A stretch of 64,000 nt of DNA, from contig JBMFHK010000001.1 in the NCBI GenBank assembly GCA_049976865.1, positions 31,259 to 95,258 on the forward strand, in the 5' to 3' direction. The DNA is from Solirubrobacteraceae bacterium (GTDB lineage: Bacteria > Actinomycetota > Thermoleophilia > Solirubrobacterales > Solirubrobacteraceae). The translations under genes were made by a program, and so were the position numbers. Positions 36,440 to 45,934 of the stretch are shown piece after piece (within the stretch, counting starts at the first letter, position 1; each line of letters begins with the position of its first letter). The notes under the pieces are model-generated. The model had not been told where the DNA came from. It saw nothing but the letters and a program-made list of their open reading frames with translations, and made no database searches.

Positions 36440-38560
36440 TTAGCCACCGCCAAAACGGAGCACAAGTGTTCCCGACGGCTCGGCCACATGGTCAGATGAC
36501 CGGCTCGACAGTGGCGTCGCCGTGAAATCCACCGCGGTGCCGGTGCCGTGACTGGCTGTGACGGTGAACGTTGCCACGCCAGCACGGTTGGTCGGGGATA
36601 CGGCCCGCGACCCGGGTGCGTGCCCGTTCACAGAGGCGGCATCGGCTGGCCTAACGCCGGTTTGTTTGAGGCTGACGCGCACTCCCGCCACCCTGATCGG
36701 CTGGTTCCATTCGTTGAGCAAATCTGCGTGGATCACCACGGATCTGCCGACCGCCAGGAGGTTGTCAAACGCTTCCGGGTCAAAGCCGATGTGCCAGGTG
36801 GGCGGTGCGAAACGGTTGCTCACGCTCACCGAGGCTGGATCAGTGAGGTACGCAAGGACGGTGACGCCGGTTGTGATCGCCGGCTGTGACGCGGCGTCAG
36901 GCGACAGCAGCGTGTAGCGCGCGCTGGCATGTGCGGCCAGCGTCTTTGGCCCGCTGTGGACATGCCAGAAGCTCGTCACCCCTGAGGCGGTTTCCAGTGT
37001 GAAGGTCGGTGACACCGCGCGAGCTGTGTGGTTGACAGCGGTCAGTGAGATCTCCTGCACACCGCCCTGGGCGCGGGCGGTCAGGGCCCGTGTGACACGC
37101 AGGCTCAGCGGCGCTGGCTTTGCCAGTGCGTAACCGGCGTCCACCACCACAGCACCCAACGCGACCATGATCGTTATCAGCCAGCCTCGCGATCTGGTCA
37201 GGCGTCGGCCGGTGGGCCATCTGCCGGCGTCCTGCGAGCCGCTGCTGAGCGCGGCGATCAGCCCGGGCGGGACCAGCGCCACCAGGTAGACAGCGTAGGA
37301 GCGCTCGGCAAAGAAGTACGCGACTGCAGGCAGTGCGAAGGCCAGGGTCCGAAGCAAAGGGTAGGTGCCCACGAACGCCACCATGATCAGGATGAGCACC
37401 AGGCCCGCCAGCAGCGAGAAGGCGGTCAGCGAACCGCCGCCGATGTGTACGAACAGGGTCAATCCGATGGCGCCCTGTCCGGCCGGGACCAGCTGGGCCA
37501 CCAAAGGGGTGAAAGTGCCTTTCACCCAGGCGCCTGGCGATGCGATCAGGTAGGGAAGGTTCGGGATCAGAAAGGCCGCCAGCGCCATGGCACCGTAGGC
37601 GGCTGGACGGGTCAGTGCGGCCGCAAAACGCTGTGCTGGATGTGTATAAAGGGCTTGCGGGTCGGTCTGCCGCGAGGTGGGGTTGCCAGGCTGCCGGGGC
37701 TGCGGTTGTGCTGTCCGCTCCATGGTCAGGGCAAGCAGCACGAACGGCAAAATCGGCCAGCAGGTCTGCTTGCTGGCCATTGCCAGGCCAAGCGCCAGCG
37801 GCCTCGTGTAGGTGCGCCAGTGGTGATGGTCAAAGCGGTCCCAGCGGTAGGCGGCAACTACCAAAAGCGGCATGAAGGTGAAGTCCGTCAGGCCGATGAT
37901 CGCCAGGCTCACATACACGCCGAGGCTCCCGAGGATCAGCGCGAGCGGGCGCACGTTGCGCGGCAGCCAGGCGAACATGAGCAACACCGTCAACGCCCAG
38001 CCGAGCACATCCAGGCCGGGTCCGAGCTGCGTCGACCAGCCCAGCGCCAAAAACGGCACGTACACCAGAAATGACAGCGCCGGGTAGGAGAGACGTGTCA
38101 CCCGGCTGCCGGCCAGCGTGTAGGTGTATCCGCCGGCAGAAACCCGGAACATCGGAAACGCGCCGGCCAACGTGTGGGTGTAGGGGTTGAGACCCTGTCG
38201 CGCAAGCTCTCCCGCATACTGGTTGAAGGCAAGCTCATCAGTGCCGTAGTTGGGGTTGGCGTGCATCATCGTCACCGCCCACACCGCGAACAAGCCAACC
38301 GTGATCAGCGCCGTGGCCCACGCCAGCAGCCGGCGCTGGGCGCCGGCTCGCCCGATCACGTCGGTCGGCAACCAGCTGGCGAGCACCGTGCCAAGCCCCC
38401 AGAGGCCGCTGAGCAAGGCTGCCAAGCCTGCCCAGCGGTAAAGGTTGGCGCTCTTCTCGATCTCAAACGCCCAGCTGAGCAGCGCCGCGCCTGCCAGCGT
38501 CCACCACAGCCGCGACGACCATTCACGGCCGTCTGTCTCAGATCTTAAATTGCCGTTCAC
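36440..38560 (-). CDS. large polytopic membrane protein, GT-C/DUF2029-like glycosyltransferase candidate with a C-terminal extracytoplasmic domain
   Basis: About 14 TM segments and the loop motif TDELAFNQYAGELARQGLNPYTH. The last ~250 aa are non-membrane and beta-strand-like. Confidence 0.55.
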   Translation of the reverse strand: MNGNLRSETDGREWSSRLWWTLAGAALLSWAFEIEKSANLYRWAGLAALLSGLWGLGTVLASWLPTDVIGRAGAQRRLLAWATALITVGLFAVWAVTMMHANPNYGTDELAFNQYAGELARQGLNPYTHTLAGAFPMFRVSAGGYTYTLAGSRVTRLSYPALSFLVYVPFLALGWSTQLGPGLDVLGWALTVLLMFAWLPRNVRPLALILGSLGVYVSLAIIGLTDFTFMPLLVVAAYRWDRFDHHHWRTYTRPLALGLAMASKQTCWPILPFVLLALTMERTAQPQPRQPGNPTSRQTDPQALYTHPAQRFAAALTRPAAYGAMALAAFLIPNLPYLIASPGAWVKGTFTPLVAQLVPAGQGAIGLTLFVHIGGGSLTAFSLLAGLVLILIMVAFVGTYPLLRTLAFALPAVAYFFAERSYAVYLVALVPPGLIAALSSGSQDAGRWPTGRRLTRSRGWLITIMVALGAVVVDAGYALAKPAPLSLRVTRALTARAQGGVQEISLTAVNHTARAVSPTFTLETASGVTSFWHVHSGPKTLAAHASARYTLLSPDAASQPAITTGVTVLAYLTDPASVSVSNRFAPPTWHIGFDPEAFDNLLAVGRSVVIHADLLNEWNQPIRVAGVRVSLKQTGVRPADAASVNGHAPGSRAVSPTNRAGVATFTVTASHGTGTAVDFTATPLSSRSSDHVAEPSGTLVLRFGGG

Positions 38561-38599
38561 CGTTTTGGGTGTGGTTGCGTCGGTGTTGGAATCGGTGGG

Positions 38600-40105
38600 T
38601 CAGCCCAACTGGATGAAATACTGTGCGCCAGGCTTGGTGGCGTTGGTGCTGGTGTTGTGAGACCTCACATGCCTGCGCGGAAGTTCTGAGACTCTCACCG
38701 TGACAGGGTGTCTGGCACGCAACACCATCACCCGGAACTGTTCGACGCGCATCAGGCGTGAGAGTCTGAAACCGCGCAGCCGGTAATGACGGTCCAGCTT
38801 GGACGGGACCAGATTGCAGGCCGAGCCCCACCAGCAGAAACCGCCGAGACCCGGTTTGCGCGCAACCGCGATCACGTCCACTTCTTTAACATCGCTGACC
38901 TGCGCAGTTGTTATGTAGTTCAAGCGAGGCAGATACAGCTTCAGAGGAAGGATGCCGGCGCCGCGCTGCACAACGACGATCCTGGCTGCGTCGTGTTGTG
39001 CCGGTGACTGGGGCCATCTCCCCAGCTTGTTGGCAAGAACCTGCCAGTTCGGTCGCTCCAGCCAGTAGTCGGTGTCGACGCTAATGGTCGCAAACACGCC
39101 GATTGCACACAGCACCAGCGTGGCTGTGACCGGGATGAAACCGGCTGTCCTGGCACCCAGCCCGGCGGCCAAAAGGATCGCCAGAGGGACCAGGATCGGC
39201 AAAAGGTTTCTGGTCAGGAAGGTCTGCTCACCGATCGTGATGGCGATCAGAAAGCCGGCGGCGGCGATCAGGCCAGGCACGAGGGCGGCACGCTGCTGGT
39301 CGCGGTCCGCCAGCCAGATGAAAGCCCCGATTCCGGTCAGCGCCGCCGCGTAGGCAAGATATTTGACCAGCGTCCTGAGATGGGTTTCAGGGCCGATCAA
39401 AAACAGTGGAATCACCTGGGCAAGACGGGTGAGGATGGATGTGGTCGCGATCCAGCTGTCGTTGCCGGTCCCGGACTGTGCGATCAAAAGCGGCAGCAGC
39501 GCCAGGCCGACGGCGACCACGGCACCGATCGCGATCTGTACGGCTCGAACCCGGCGATGGGCGTAGATCAGCCAGGCTGCCTGCGGTGCCACGGCGAGGA
39601 TCGCGTAGTAATGGGTTGCCAGCGCAACCGCGCTGGCAACCGCCCAGGCGGTGAGTGCGGGGCGGCTGGGCCGTTCTCGCGCGTAAACGAAGGCAAGCAG
39701 CGTCAGCGCACAGGCGAGCACCATCATCTCGTAGGCGCGGGCCTCCTGCGAATACCAGATCAAAAGCGGGTTGAAAGCCACCAGGGCGGCGGCGATGATC
39801 GCTGCTCGCCGGTTGGCGAGCAACTTGCGGGCCGTAAGGTAGGTGACCGGGATCGTGAGCGTCCCCGCCAGCGCCGAAAGTGATCTCAGGCCCGCCGGAT
39901 CGTCACCAAAGACCCTCGTCCAAACCCAGGCGATGCAGTAATACAGAGGCGGCGTGGACTCGGTAATGGACACCAGTCGCAGCATCTGGCCGGGGTCAAA
40001 GCGCACCAGGTAGGCGGTGTAGGACTCGTCAAACCAGAAGCCCTGATGTCCAATCAGAACAAACCGCGCCAGCGCTCCGAGCAGCGTGATCACAACAATC
40101 GGCAC
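38600..40105 (-). CDS. GT39/ArnT-like (PMT_2) membrane glycosyltransferase
   Basis: Contains GFWFDESYTAYLV...ESTPPLYYCIAWVW and multiple TM segments. The ORF is open up to 40225, but that would overlap the divergent aroH 5' end, so I chose the internal GTG at 40105. The start is uncertain. Confidence 0.65.
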   Translation of the reverse strand: MPIVVITLLGALARFVLIGHQGFWFDESYTAYLVRFDPGQMLRLVSITESTPPLYYCIAWVWTRVFGDDPAGLRSLSALAGTLTIPVTYLTARKLLANRRAAIIAAALVAFNPLLIWYSQEARAYEMMVLACALTLLAFVYARERPSRPALTAWAVASAVALATHYYAILAVAPQAAWLIYAHRRVRAVQIAIGAVVAVGLALLPLLIAQSGTGNDSWIATTSILTRLAQVIPLFLIGPETHLRTLVKYLAYAAALTGIGAFIWLADRDQQRAALVPGLIAAAGFLIAITIGEQTFLTRNLLPILVPLAILLAAGLGARTAGFIPVTATLVLCAIGVFATISVDTDYWLERPNWQVLANKLGRWPQSPAQHDAARIVVVQRGAGILPLKLYLPRLNYITTAQVSDVKEVDVIAVARKPGLGGFCWWGSACNLVPSKLDRHYRLRGFRLSRLMRVEQFRVMVLRARHPVTVRVSELPRRHVRSHNTSTNATKPGAQYFIQLG

Positions 40106-40152
40106 GGCGCCAGCATGCCAGGTCCGGCCGGCAGATGGCAGAATCAGCGTCC

Positions 40153-40521
40153 ATGCAGCGAATCTTCGCGCTCCGGGGAGCAAATAGCGTTGAGCGCAAC
40201 GAGGCGGATTCCATCCTGTCCGCAACCGACCAGCTGATGCGCGAGATGATCGCTCGCAACGGCCTGCGGCCGGAACAGATGATCAGCTGCATATTCACGC
40301 TCACCGAGGATCTCAACGCTGAGTTTCCAGCCGTTGCGGCCAGGCGGCTGGGGCTCAACCAGGTGCCGTTGCTGTGTGCCCGCGAGGTGCCGGTACCGGG
40401 AGCCTTGCCGCGGGTGGTCAGAGCGCTGCTGCACTACTACGCTGACGACGGTCACACGCCGGCACACGTTTATCTCGGGCAGGCGCGCGTGTTGCGCACC
40501 GACCTTGACTCCGCACAGTGA
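40153..40521 (+). CDS. aroH: monofunctional chorismate mutase, AroH type
   Basis: IFALRGANSVERNEADSILSATDQLMREMIARNGL...VYLGQARVLRTDL aligns by eye to Bacillus subtilis AroH. An alternative start is ATG 40135. Confidence 0.85.
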   Translation: MQRIFALRGANSVERNEADSILSATDQLMREMIARNGLRPEQMISCIFTLTEDLNAEFPAVAARRLGLNQVPLLCAREVPVPGALPRVVRALLHYYADDGHTPAHVYLGQARVLRTDLDSAQ

Positions 40522-40531
40522 GCCGGTCGGC

Positions 40532-41611
40532 ATGGCGATCGAGTTCTCTGCAAAAACACGGAGGATCCCGGTTTATCCGGTGGCGGCGGGATATGACCTC
40601 GGCGCCGAGGTCACCATGCTGGCCGCCAATGAGACCGCGTTTGGGCCCATGGAGGCGGCGATTGAAGCGCTGCGCCTGGCGAGCCTGGGGGCGAACCGCT
40701 ACCCGGACCCCTCCTACATGGATCTGCGCCGCGCGCTTTCGCGCCGTTACGATCAGCCGCTTGACCGGATCGCGGTCGGGGCGGGCTCATCTGACCTGCT
40801 GCTCGCCGCCGGCGAGGCGCTGCTTGAGCCGCAGGCGGAACTGGTCTACGCATGGCCGTCGTTCAGCATGTATCCGCATCTGGCCGCCGCCTCTGGCGCC
40901 CGTGAGATCCGGGTGCCGTTGCGCCCGGACGCCAGCCACGACCTGGAAGCGATGGCCGCGGAGATCACGGTTGCCACCCGTCTGGTCCTGGTTTGCAACC
41001 CCAACAACCCCACCGGGACGGTCCTGGCGCTGGAGCAGATCGAAGCGTTTCTGGAGCGGGTGCCGCCGTACGTGGCGGTGCTTCTGGACGAGGCTTACGT
41101 CGAGTTTTCGCTGACGATCGGCGATCCGTACGCGTCACTGCCGCTGCTAAGACGGTTCCCCAACCTGGTGATCCTGCGAACCTTCTCGAAGGTTTACGGG
41201 CTGGCGGGCCTGAGGGTCGGCTACGCGCTCTGTGGCAGCGACGCCTTCCGGACGGCGGTTGAGCAGGTGCGTCAGCCGTTTTACCTCACCAGCGCCGCCC
41301 AGGCGGCCGCGACCGAGGCGTTGGCTCACCAGGACGAGGTTGAACGCCGGGTCGTTGCCACCGTGGCTGAACGCATGCGTGTCACCGACGAGCTGCGCAA
41401 GCTGGGATACACGGTGGCAGAGAGCGACGCTAACTTCCTCTGGGTGCAGGTTGCCAAGGACGGTCAGGACGGCCCGGTGGTGGAGGCGCTTGCCAAGAAG
41501 GGGGTGCTGGTGCGTGGCGGTACGCAGCTTGGCGGCCCGGGTCACGTCCGGGTGACGCTGGGGCTGCGTTCTGAGAACGACCGGTTCCTGGGCGTGCTGG
41601 CCAGCATTTGA
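40532..41611 (+). CDS. hisC: histidinol-phosphate/aromatic aminotransferase (class II PLP)
   Basis: Contains NPNNPTG and the PLP lysine region RTFSKVYGLAGLRVGY. It is embedded in the aromatic biosynthesis block. Confidence 0.8.
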   Translation: MAIEFSAKTRRIPVYPVAAGYDLGAEVTMLAANETAFGPMEAAIEALRLASLGANRYPDPSYMDLRRALSRRYDQPLDRIAVGAGSSDLLLAAGEALLEPQAELVYAWPSFSMYPHLAAASGAREIRVPLRPDASHDLEAMAAEITVATRLVLVCNPNNPTGTVLALEQIEAFLERVPPYVAVLLDEAYVEFSLTIGDPYASLPLLRRFPNLVILRTFSKVYGLAGLRVGYALCGSDAFRTAVEQVRQPFYLTSAAQAAATEALAHQDEVERRVVATVAERMRVTDELRKLGYTVAESDANFLWVQVAKDGQDGPVVEALAKKGVLVRGGTQLGGPGHVRVTLGLRSENDRFLGVLASI

Positions 41612-41696
41612 AACGCCGTCTCATCCTTGACCGCCGCCGCCGCGGCCGCCGCCGACCGTGCCGGCGCTGGCGGTTCGTGCTAGCGTCCACGGTCCG

Positions 41697-41774
41697 ATGC
41701 GCATCAGCGACCGCGACCAAAACGCCTGCAGCCGGCCGCTCTACGTGCGCTACTACGCCTGGCGATTTAGCTAG
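41697..41774 (+). CDS. candidate leader peptide (25 aa) rich in aromatic codons
   Basis: The ATG...TAG ORF encodes MRISDRDQNACSRPLYVRYYAWRFS. It has 3 Tyr, 1 Trp and 1 Phe within its last 10 codons. It lies in the 343-nt gap upstream of the DAHP synthase gene. Confidence 0.5.
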   Translation: MRISDRDQNACSRPLYVRYYAWRFS

Positions 41775-41841
41775 GCGCTCAGCCGCAATCCCCCACGGTC
41801 CGTCTCGGTGCGCGGACGGTACCCAGCGGGAGCTGAGCGCC
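41774..41841 (+). promoter_or_regulatory. long stem-loop abutting the leader ORF stop codon (candidate attenuator element)
   Basis: GGCGCTCAGC (41774..41783) pairs perfectly with GCTGAGCGCC (41832..41841). Additional TCCC/GGGA and GTCCG/CGGAC pairings lie inside. Confidence 0.5.
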
Positions 41842-41954
41842 GCAGGGCTAGCGCGCCAGGCTGGGCCGCCCCAGAGGACGGGGCCACAATTGCGTAGAGT
41901 TTTCACAGAGCAGCGAGGGCTAACAGATATGCAAGGCAAAACAAGGGCGCGGCG

Positions 41955-43034
41955 ATGATGAGTGCCAGTCGCCTCATCCGCCCCGACGCGGTCAGGGACC
42001 AGCGCATCGAGCGAGTGGTGCCGCTGATCACGCCCCAGGAGCTCTTCAACGAGCTGCCGCTGGGGGATCTTCACGCCGACACGCTGCTACGCGGGCGTCT
42101 TGCCGCACACGATGTGCTGGACGAGGCCGACGACCGGCTGCTGGTCGTGGTGGGTCCCTGCAGTGTCCACGACCCGGTCGCCGCTCTTGAATACGCGGAG
42201 CGTCTGGCTGTGCAGTCAAAGCGTCACAAGAACGACCTTGTTGTGCTGATGCGCGTCTACTTTGAGAAGCCCCGTACCACGGTTGGCTGGAAGGGGCTGA
42301 TCAACGACCCTCACATAGACGGCAGCGGGGACGTGAACACCGGGCTGCGTGTTGCGCGCCAGCTCATGCTCGCGATCCTGGAGGCCGGGGTGCCGATCGG
42401 CCTTGAGTTCCTGGATCCGATCTCACCGCAGTACATCTCCGACCTGGTCTCCTGGGGGGCGATCGGCGCTCGCACAACCGAGAGCCAGGTTCATCGTCAG
42501 CTCGGCTCCGGTCTGTCGATGCCGGTCGGCTTCAAGAATCGCACCGATGGCAACATCCAGGTCGCGGTGGACGCTGTCCGCGCCGCCGCCGCCAGGCACG
42601 CCTTTGCCGGGATCGACGCTGACGGTCGCGCCGCGATCCTGCACACCCGCGGCAACGCTGACGGCCACATCATCCTGCGCGGCGGCAGTTTGGCCACCAA
42701 CTACGATGCGCCGTCTGTGGCCAACGCCAAAAAACTGCTGCGTGCCGCCGGTCTGTCTGAACGCCTGGTGATCGACGTTTCTCATGGCAACAGCCGCAAA
42801 CAACCGGACCGTCAGCCAGAGATCGCCCGTGACGTGGCTGCGCAGGTGGCCGCCGGTGAGGCTGCGATCAAAGGTGTGATGATCGAATCCTTTCTGGTCG
42901 GCGGCAACCAGGCGCCGGGTCCGCTGGACACGCTCACCTACGGCCAGTCGATCACCGACGGCTGTATCGCCTGGGAGCCGACGGTCGACGTGCTGGAGGA
43001 ACTGGCAGCCGCGGTGCGGACGCGCCGCGGCTGA
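41955..43034 (+). CDS. aroG: 3-deoxy-7-phosphoheptulonate (DAHP) synthase, class I
   Basis: LLVVVGPCSVHDPVAALEYAERL, VYFEKPRTTVGWKGLINDP and WGAIGARTTESQVHR closely parallel E. coli AroG. Confidence 0.95.
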   Translation: MMSASRLIRPDAVRDQRIERVVPLITPQELFNELPLGDLHADTLLRGRLAAHDVLDEADDRLLVVVGPCSVHDPVAALEYAERLAVQSKRHKNDLVVLMRVYFEKPRTTVGWKGLINDPHIDGSGDVNTGLRVARQLMLAILEAGVPIGLEFLDPISPQYISDLVSWGAIGARTTESQVHRQLGSGLSMPVGFKNRTDGNIQVAVDAVRAAAARHAFAGIDADGRAAILHTRGNADGHIILRGGSLATNYDAPSVANAKKLLRAAGLSERLVIDVSHGNSRKQPDRQPEIARDVAAQVAAGEAAIKGVMIESFLVGGNQAPGPLDTLTYGQSITDGCIAWEPTVDVLEELAAAVRTRRG

Positions 43035-43046
43035 GGGAAGTTCGCC

Positions 43047-43892
43047 GTGAGAGTTGCGGTAGTAGGCCTGGGTCTGATCGGCGGTTCGGTGGCCCTGGCG
43101 GCGCGGGAACGGCTCGGCGCCGAGGTGACCGGCTGGGACCACAATCCAGACGTGCTGCAGCGCGCCAAGAGCCGGGGAGCGATCGTCTCCGGTGCCGGTT
43201 CGCTGGCCGGCGCCGTCGCCGGGGCTGACACGGTCGTGGTCGCTGTCCCGGTTCGTTTCCTGCACCAGATTGTGACGGAGGTTCTGCGCAGTGTCGGGAC
43301 TGACTGCGCGGTTACCGACGTGGGCTCGGTCAAAGGCAGGCTCGCCGCCGCCGTGGATGATCGGCGTTTCGTTGGCGGGCATCCGCTGGCGGGCGTTGAG
43401 ACGCCAGGCATTGACAACGCCAGCGCAGCGCTGTTCGCCGGCTGCAGCTGGTATCTGACGCCGTCGGCGGTCAGCGACCCGTTGCTTACCGAGCAGGTGG
43501 CGCGGTTCATCACCGGCCTTGGCGCCGATCCGGTTCGCATCGACGCAAACCTGCACGACCGGATGATGGCGGTGGTCTCGGCGCTGCCGCACCTGTTTGC
43601 CAACACGCTTGCGCTTGCCGCGCAGAGCGATGAGTTCAGCGGGCTGCTGCAACCGGGACCGAGCTTTCGCAGCGCCACCCGGGTCGCCGGATCGAGCCCC
43701 ACCCTGTGGGCTGACGTTTACGCAGCTAACGGCCGCGTGCTGGCCGACACTCTGGGGGCTGCGATCACGCAGCTTGAACACATCCGCGGGCTGCTGGCGG
43801 CCGGTGATGTCAACGCGCTGCGTGCCTGGCATGAATCGGCAGCCGCAGCCCGTGGCTCACTGTACGCGCAGCGGCTGGAGGAGGTCCGGTGA
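43047..43892 (+). CDS. tyrA: prephenate dehydrogenase
   Basis: Rossmann motif MRVAVVGLGLIGGS, plus GGHPLAG. Confidence 0.85.
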   Translation: MRVAVVGLGLIGGSVALAARERLGAEVTGWDHNPDVLQRAKSRGAIVSGAGSLAGAVAGADTVVVAVPVRFLHQIVTEVLRSVGTDCAVTDVGSVKGRLAAAVDDRRFVGGHPLAGVETPGIDNASAALFAGCSWYLTPSAVSDPLLTEQVARFITGLGADPVRIDANLHDRMMAVVSALPHLFANTLALAAQSDEFSGLLQPGPSFRSATRVAGSSPTLWADVYAANGRVLADTLGAAITQLEHIRGLLAAGDVNALRAWHESAAAARGSLYAQRLEEVR

Positions 43893-45178
43893 GCGCTTAC
43901 GTGCGGGTCAGTCCGGGCGCGGTGCCACCCAGCTGGACGGTGCGGGTGCCTGGCTCAAAGAGCATCACCAACCGCGTGCTGCTGCTGGCAGGCATGGCGG
44001 CCGGCCGCTCCCAGATACGCGCGCCACTGCTGGCTGACGACACGCTGGCGATGATGCGGGCGTTGCGCGCGCTCGGGGTCCAGATAGCCAGCCAGCCAGA
44101 CGGCGGCTGGCTGGTGGACGGCCTGGGCGGCGCACCGCGTGGCCCCGCCGAGCTTTACTGCGGGATGGGTGCGACGGTCGGTCGCTTTCTGGTGCCGATG
44201 CTTGCGGCGGGCCACGGCCAGTTCGATGTTGACGCCCACCCGCAGCTGCGCCGTCGGCCGCTGGGCCCGGTGCTTGACGCGCTGCGCGCACAGGGGGCAC
44301 AGATCACGGGTGAGAAGTTCCCGCTGACGGTCCACGCCTCCGGCCTGAACGGAGGCGAGATCACGGTTGACGGCGCGGTTTCCAGCCAGTTCTTGTCCGG
44401 GCTGCTGATGGCTGCGCCGTTTGCTCGTACCCCGACGAAGCTGCGATTCGGCAGCGTGGTGTCCCGGCCCTACCTGGACCTCACCTTCGATGCGATGCGT
44501 GCCTTTGGCGTCAGAGCGCAACTGGGTGACGGTGTGGCCACCGTTCCTGTCAGTGCCTACACCGCCGCCGGCGTGACGGTTGAGCCGGACGTCTCCACCG
44601 CATCATATTTTCTTGCCAGCGCGGCGATCACCTCTAGCAGCGTGTCACTGGCGGGAGTTGACCGGAGAGTCACCCGGCAGGGCGACATTGAGCTCGTGAG
44701 CGTTCTGGAACAGATGGGCTGTCGGGTCAAGGATGGGGACGCGCTCACGCTGAGCGGACCGGACCGTCTGCGCGGCGTCACCGTGGCTATGGGCAACAGT
44801 TCCGACGTGTTCATGACGCTCGCCTGCGCCGCCGTGTTTGCCGATGGTCCCACCACCATCGCGGGGATCGGCCATGCGCGCGCCAAGGAGTCTGACCGGA
44901 TCGCTGCGTGTGCTGAGAACCTTCAGCGGCTCGGCATAGCCGTTGAGCAGGGACCGGATCATTTGCGCGTAGTTCCCGGCGTCCCACGCCCAAACGTGGT
45001 TTTGCCAACCTACGAGGACCATCGTGTCGCGATGGCTTTCTCGCTGATCGGCGCACGGGTGCCGGTCATTCTGGAGCAACCCTCGGTGGTCGGCAAAACC
45101 TTCCCGGAGTTTTTCAATGTCTGGCCGGTCACCGGGGCGCACGTCGAGCTGCTTGACAGGACACCGGACCGATGGTGA
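43889..45178 (+). CDS. aroA: 3-phosphoshikimate 1-carboxyvinyltransferase (EPSP synthase)
   Basis: Contains VPGSKSITNRVLLLA and KESDRI. Confidence 0.9.
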   Translation: MSAYVRVSPGAVPPSWTVRVPGSKSITNRVLLLAGMAAGRSQIRAPLLADDTLAMMRALRALGVQIASQPDGGWLVDGLGGAPRGPAELYCGMGATVGRFLVPMLAAGHGQFDVDAHPQLRRRPLGPVLDALRAQGAQITGEKFPLTVHASGLNGGEITVDGAVSSQFLSGLLMAAPFARTPTKLRFGSVVSRPYLDLTFDAMRAFGVRAQLGDGVATVPVSAYTAAGVTVEPDVSTASYFLASAAITSSSVSLAGVDRRVTRQGDIELVSVLEQMGCRVKDGDALTLSGPDRLRGVTVAMGNSSDVFMTLACAAVFADGPTTIAGIGHARAKESDRIAACAENLQRLGIAVEQGPDHLRVVPGVPRPNVVLPTYEDHRVAMAFSLIGARVPVILEQPSVVGKTFPEFFNVWPVTGAHVELLDRTPDRW

Positions 45179-45807
45179 TCGCTATCGATGGACCGGCCGG
45201 GGCTGGAAAGTCAACCGTCGCGCGAGCCGTGGCGGACAGGCTCGGCTTCACATATCTGGACACCGGTGCGATGTACCGGTGTGTGGCCCTGGCGGCGCTG
45301 CGAGGCGGTGGCGACCCGGCCGCGCTGGCGTCTACTGTGACGATCACCGTTGGTGACCGGGTGACGCTTGACGGGGAGGATGTCAGCGAGGCGATCCGCG
45401 CGCCAGAGGTCGCCCAAGCTGCCTCCAAGGTAGCGGTGATCGCGACCGTGCGGCGCGCGATGGTCGACCTGCAAAGGCAGACGCTCAGCAGCGGTGACTG
45501 GGTTATAGAGGGCCGTGACACCGGCTCGGTCGTTGCGCCCGGTGCGGAGCTGAAGGTGTTCCTGACGGCCGATGCGCACGAGCGAGCACGCCGCCGCGCC
45601 GCACAGCACGGTCTTGAAGTGAACGCTGTGATGGCCGAGCAGGAGCGGCGGGACAGACGCGACCGGACCAGGACCGCCTCGCCGTTGACGGTTGCGCCAG
45701 ACGCGCTGACGCTTGACACCACCGGCCTGTCACTGGAACAGGTTGTCACGCGTTTGGTGGAACTCGCCAACCAGCGGCGAGACCGAGCAGGCTCAGAAGG
45801 CGCCTGA
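45172..45807 (+). CDS. cmk: cytidylate kinase
   Basis: Contains IAIDGPAGAGKSTVARAVADRLGFTYLDTGAMYR. Confidence 0.9.
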   Translation: MVIAIDGPAGAGKSTVARAVADRLGFTYLDTGAMYRCVALAALRGGGDPAALASTVTITVGDRVTLDGEDVSEAIRAPEVAQAASKVAVIATVRRAMVDLQRQTLSSGDWVIEGRDTGSVVAPGAELKVFLTADAHERARRRAAQHGLEVNAVMAEQERRDRRDRTRTASPLTVAPDALTLDTTGLSLEQVVTRLVELANQRRDRAGSEGA

Positions 45808-45934
45808 CCCACTCGCGCAGAGCGCAACGACCCGTCATGCAGAGAGACCGAACCCTTTTATCTGACTGCTTTTATGGCTTCTGGGCTGGCGGCTATCCAG
45901 CACCGTTGCGCGGACCCTCTAGTCTCAGCTGCTC

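Noticed and set aside
41868-41903. Clear intrinsic terminator for the aroG leader
   Set aside because: I found only a 5-bp GCCCC/GGGGC stem and a T4 run about 16 nt further on. That is not convincing by eye. It is left as an open point under the attenuator finding and not called as a feature.
42423-43832. 469-aa ORF on the minus strand
   Set aside because: It lies antisense to the DAHP synthase and prephenate dehydrogenase genes, both of which carry unambiguous signatures. Its composition is low-complexity and Arg/Gly/Pro-rich.
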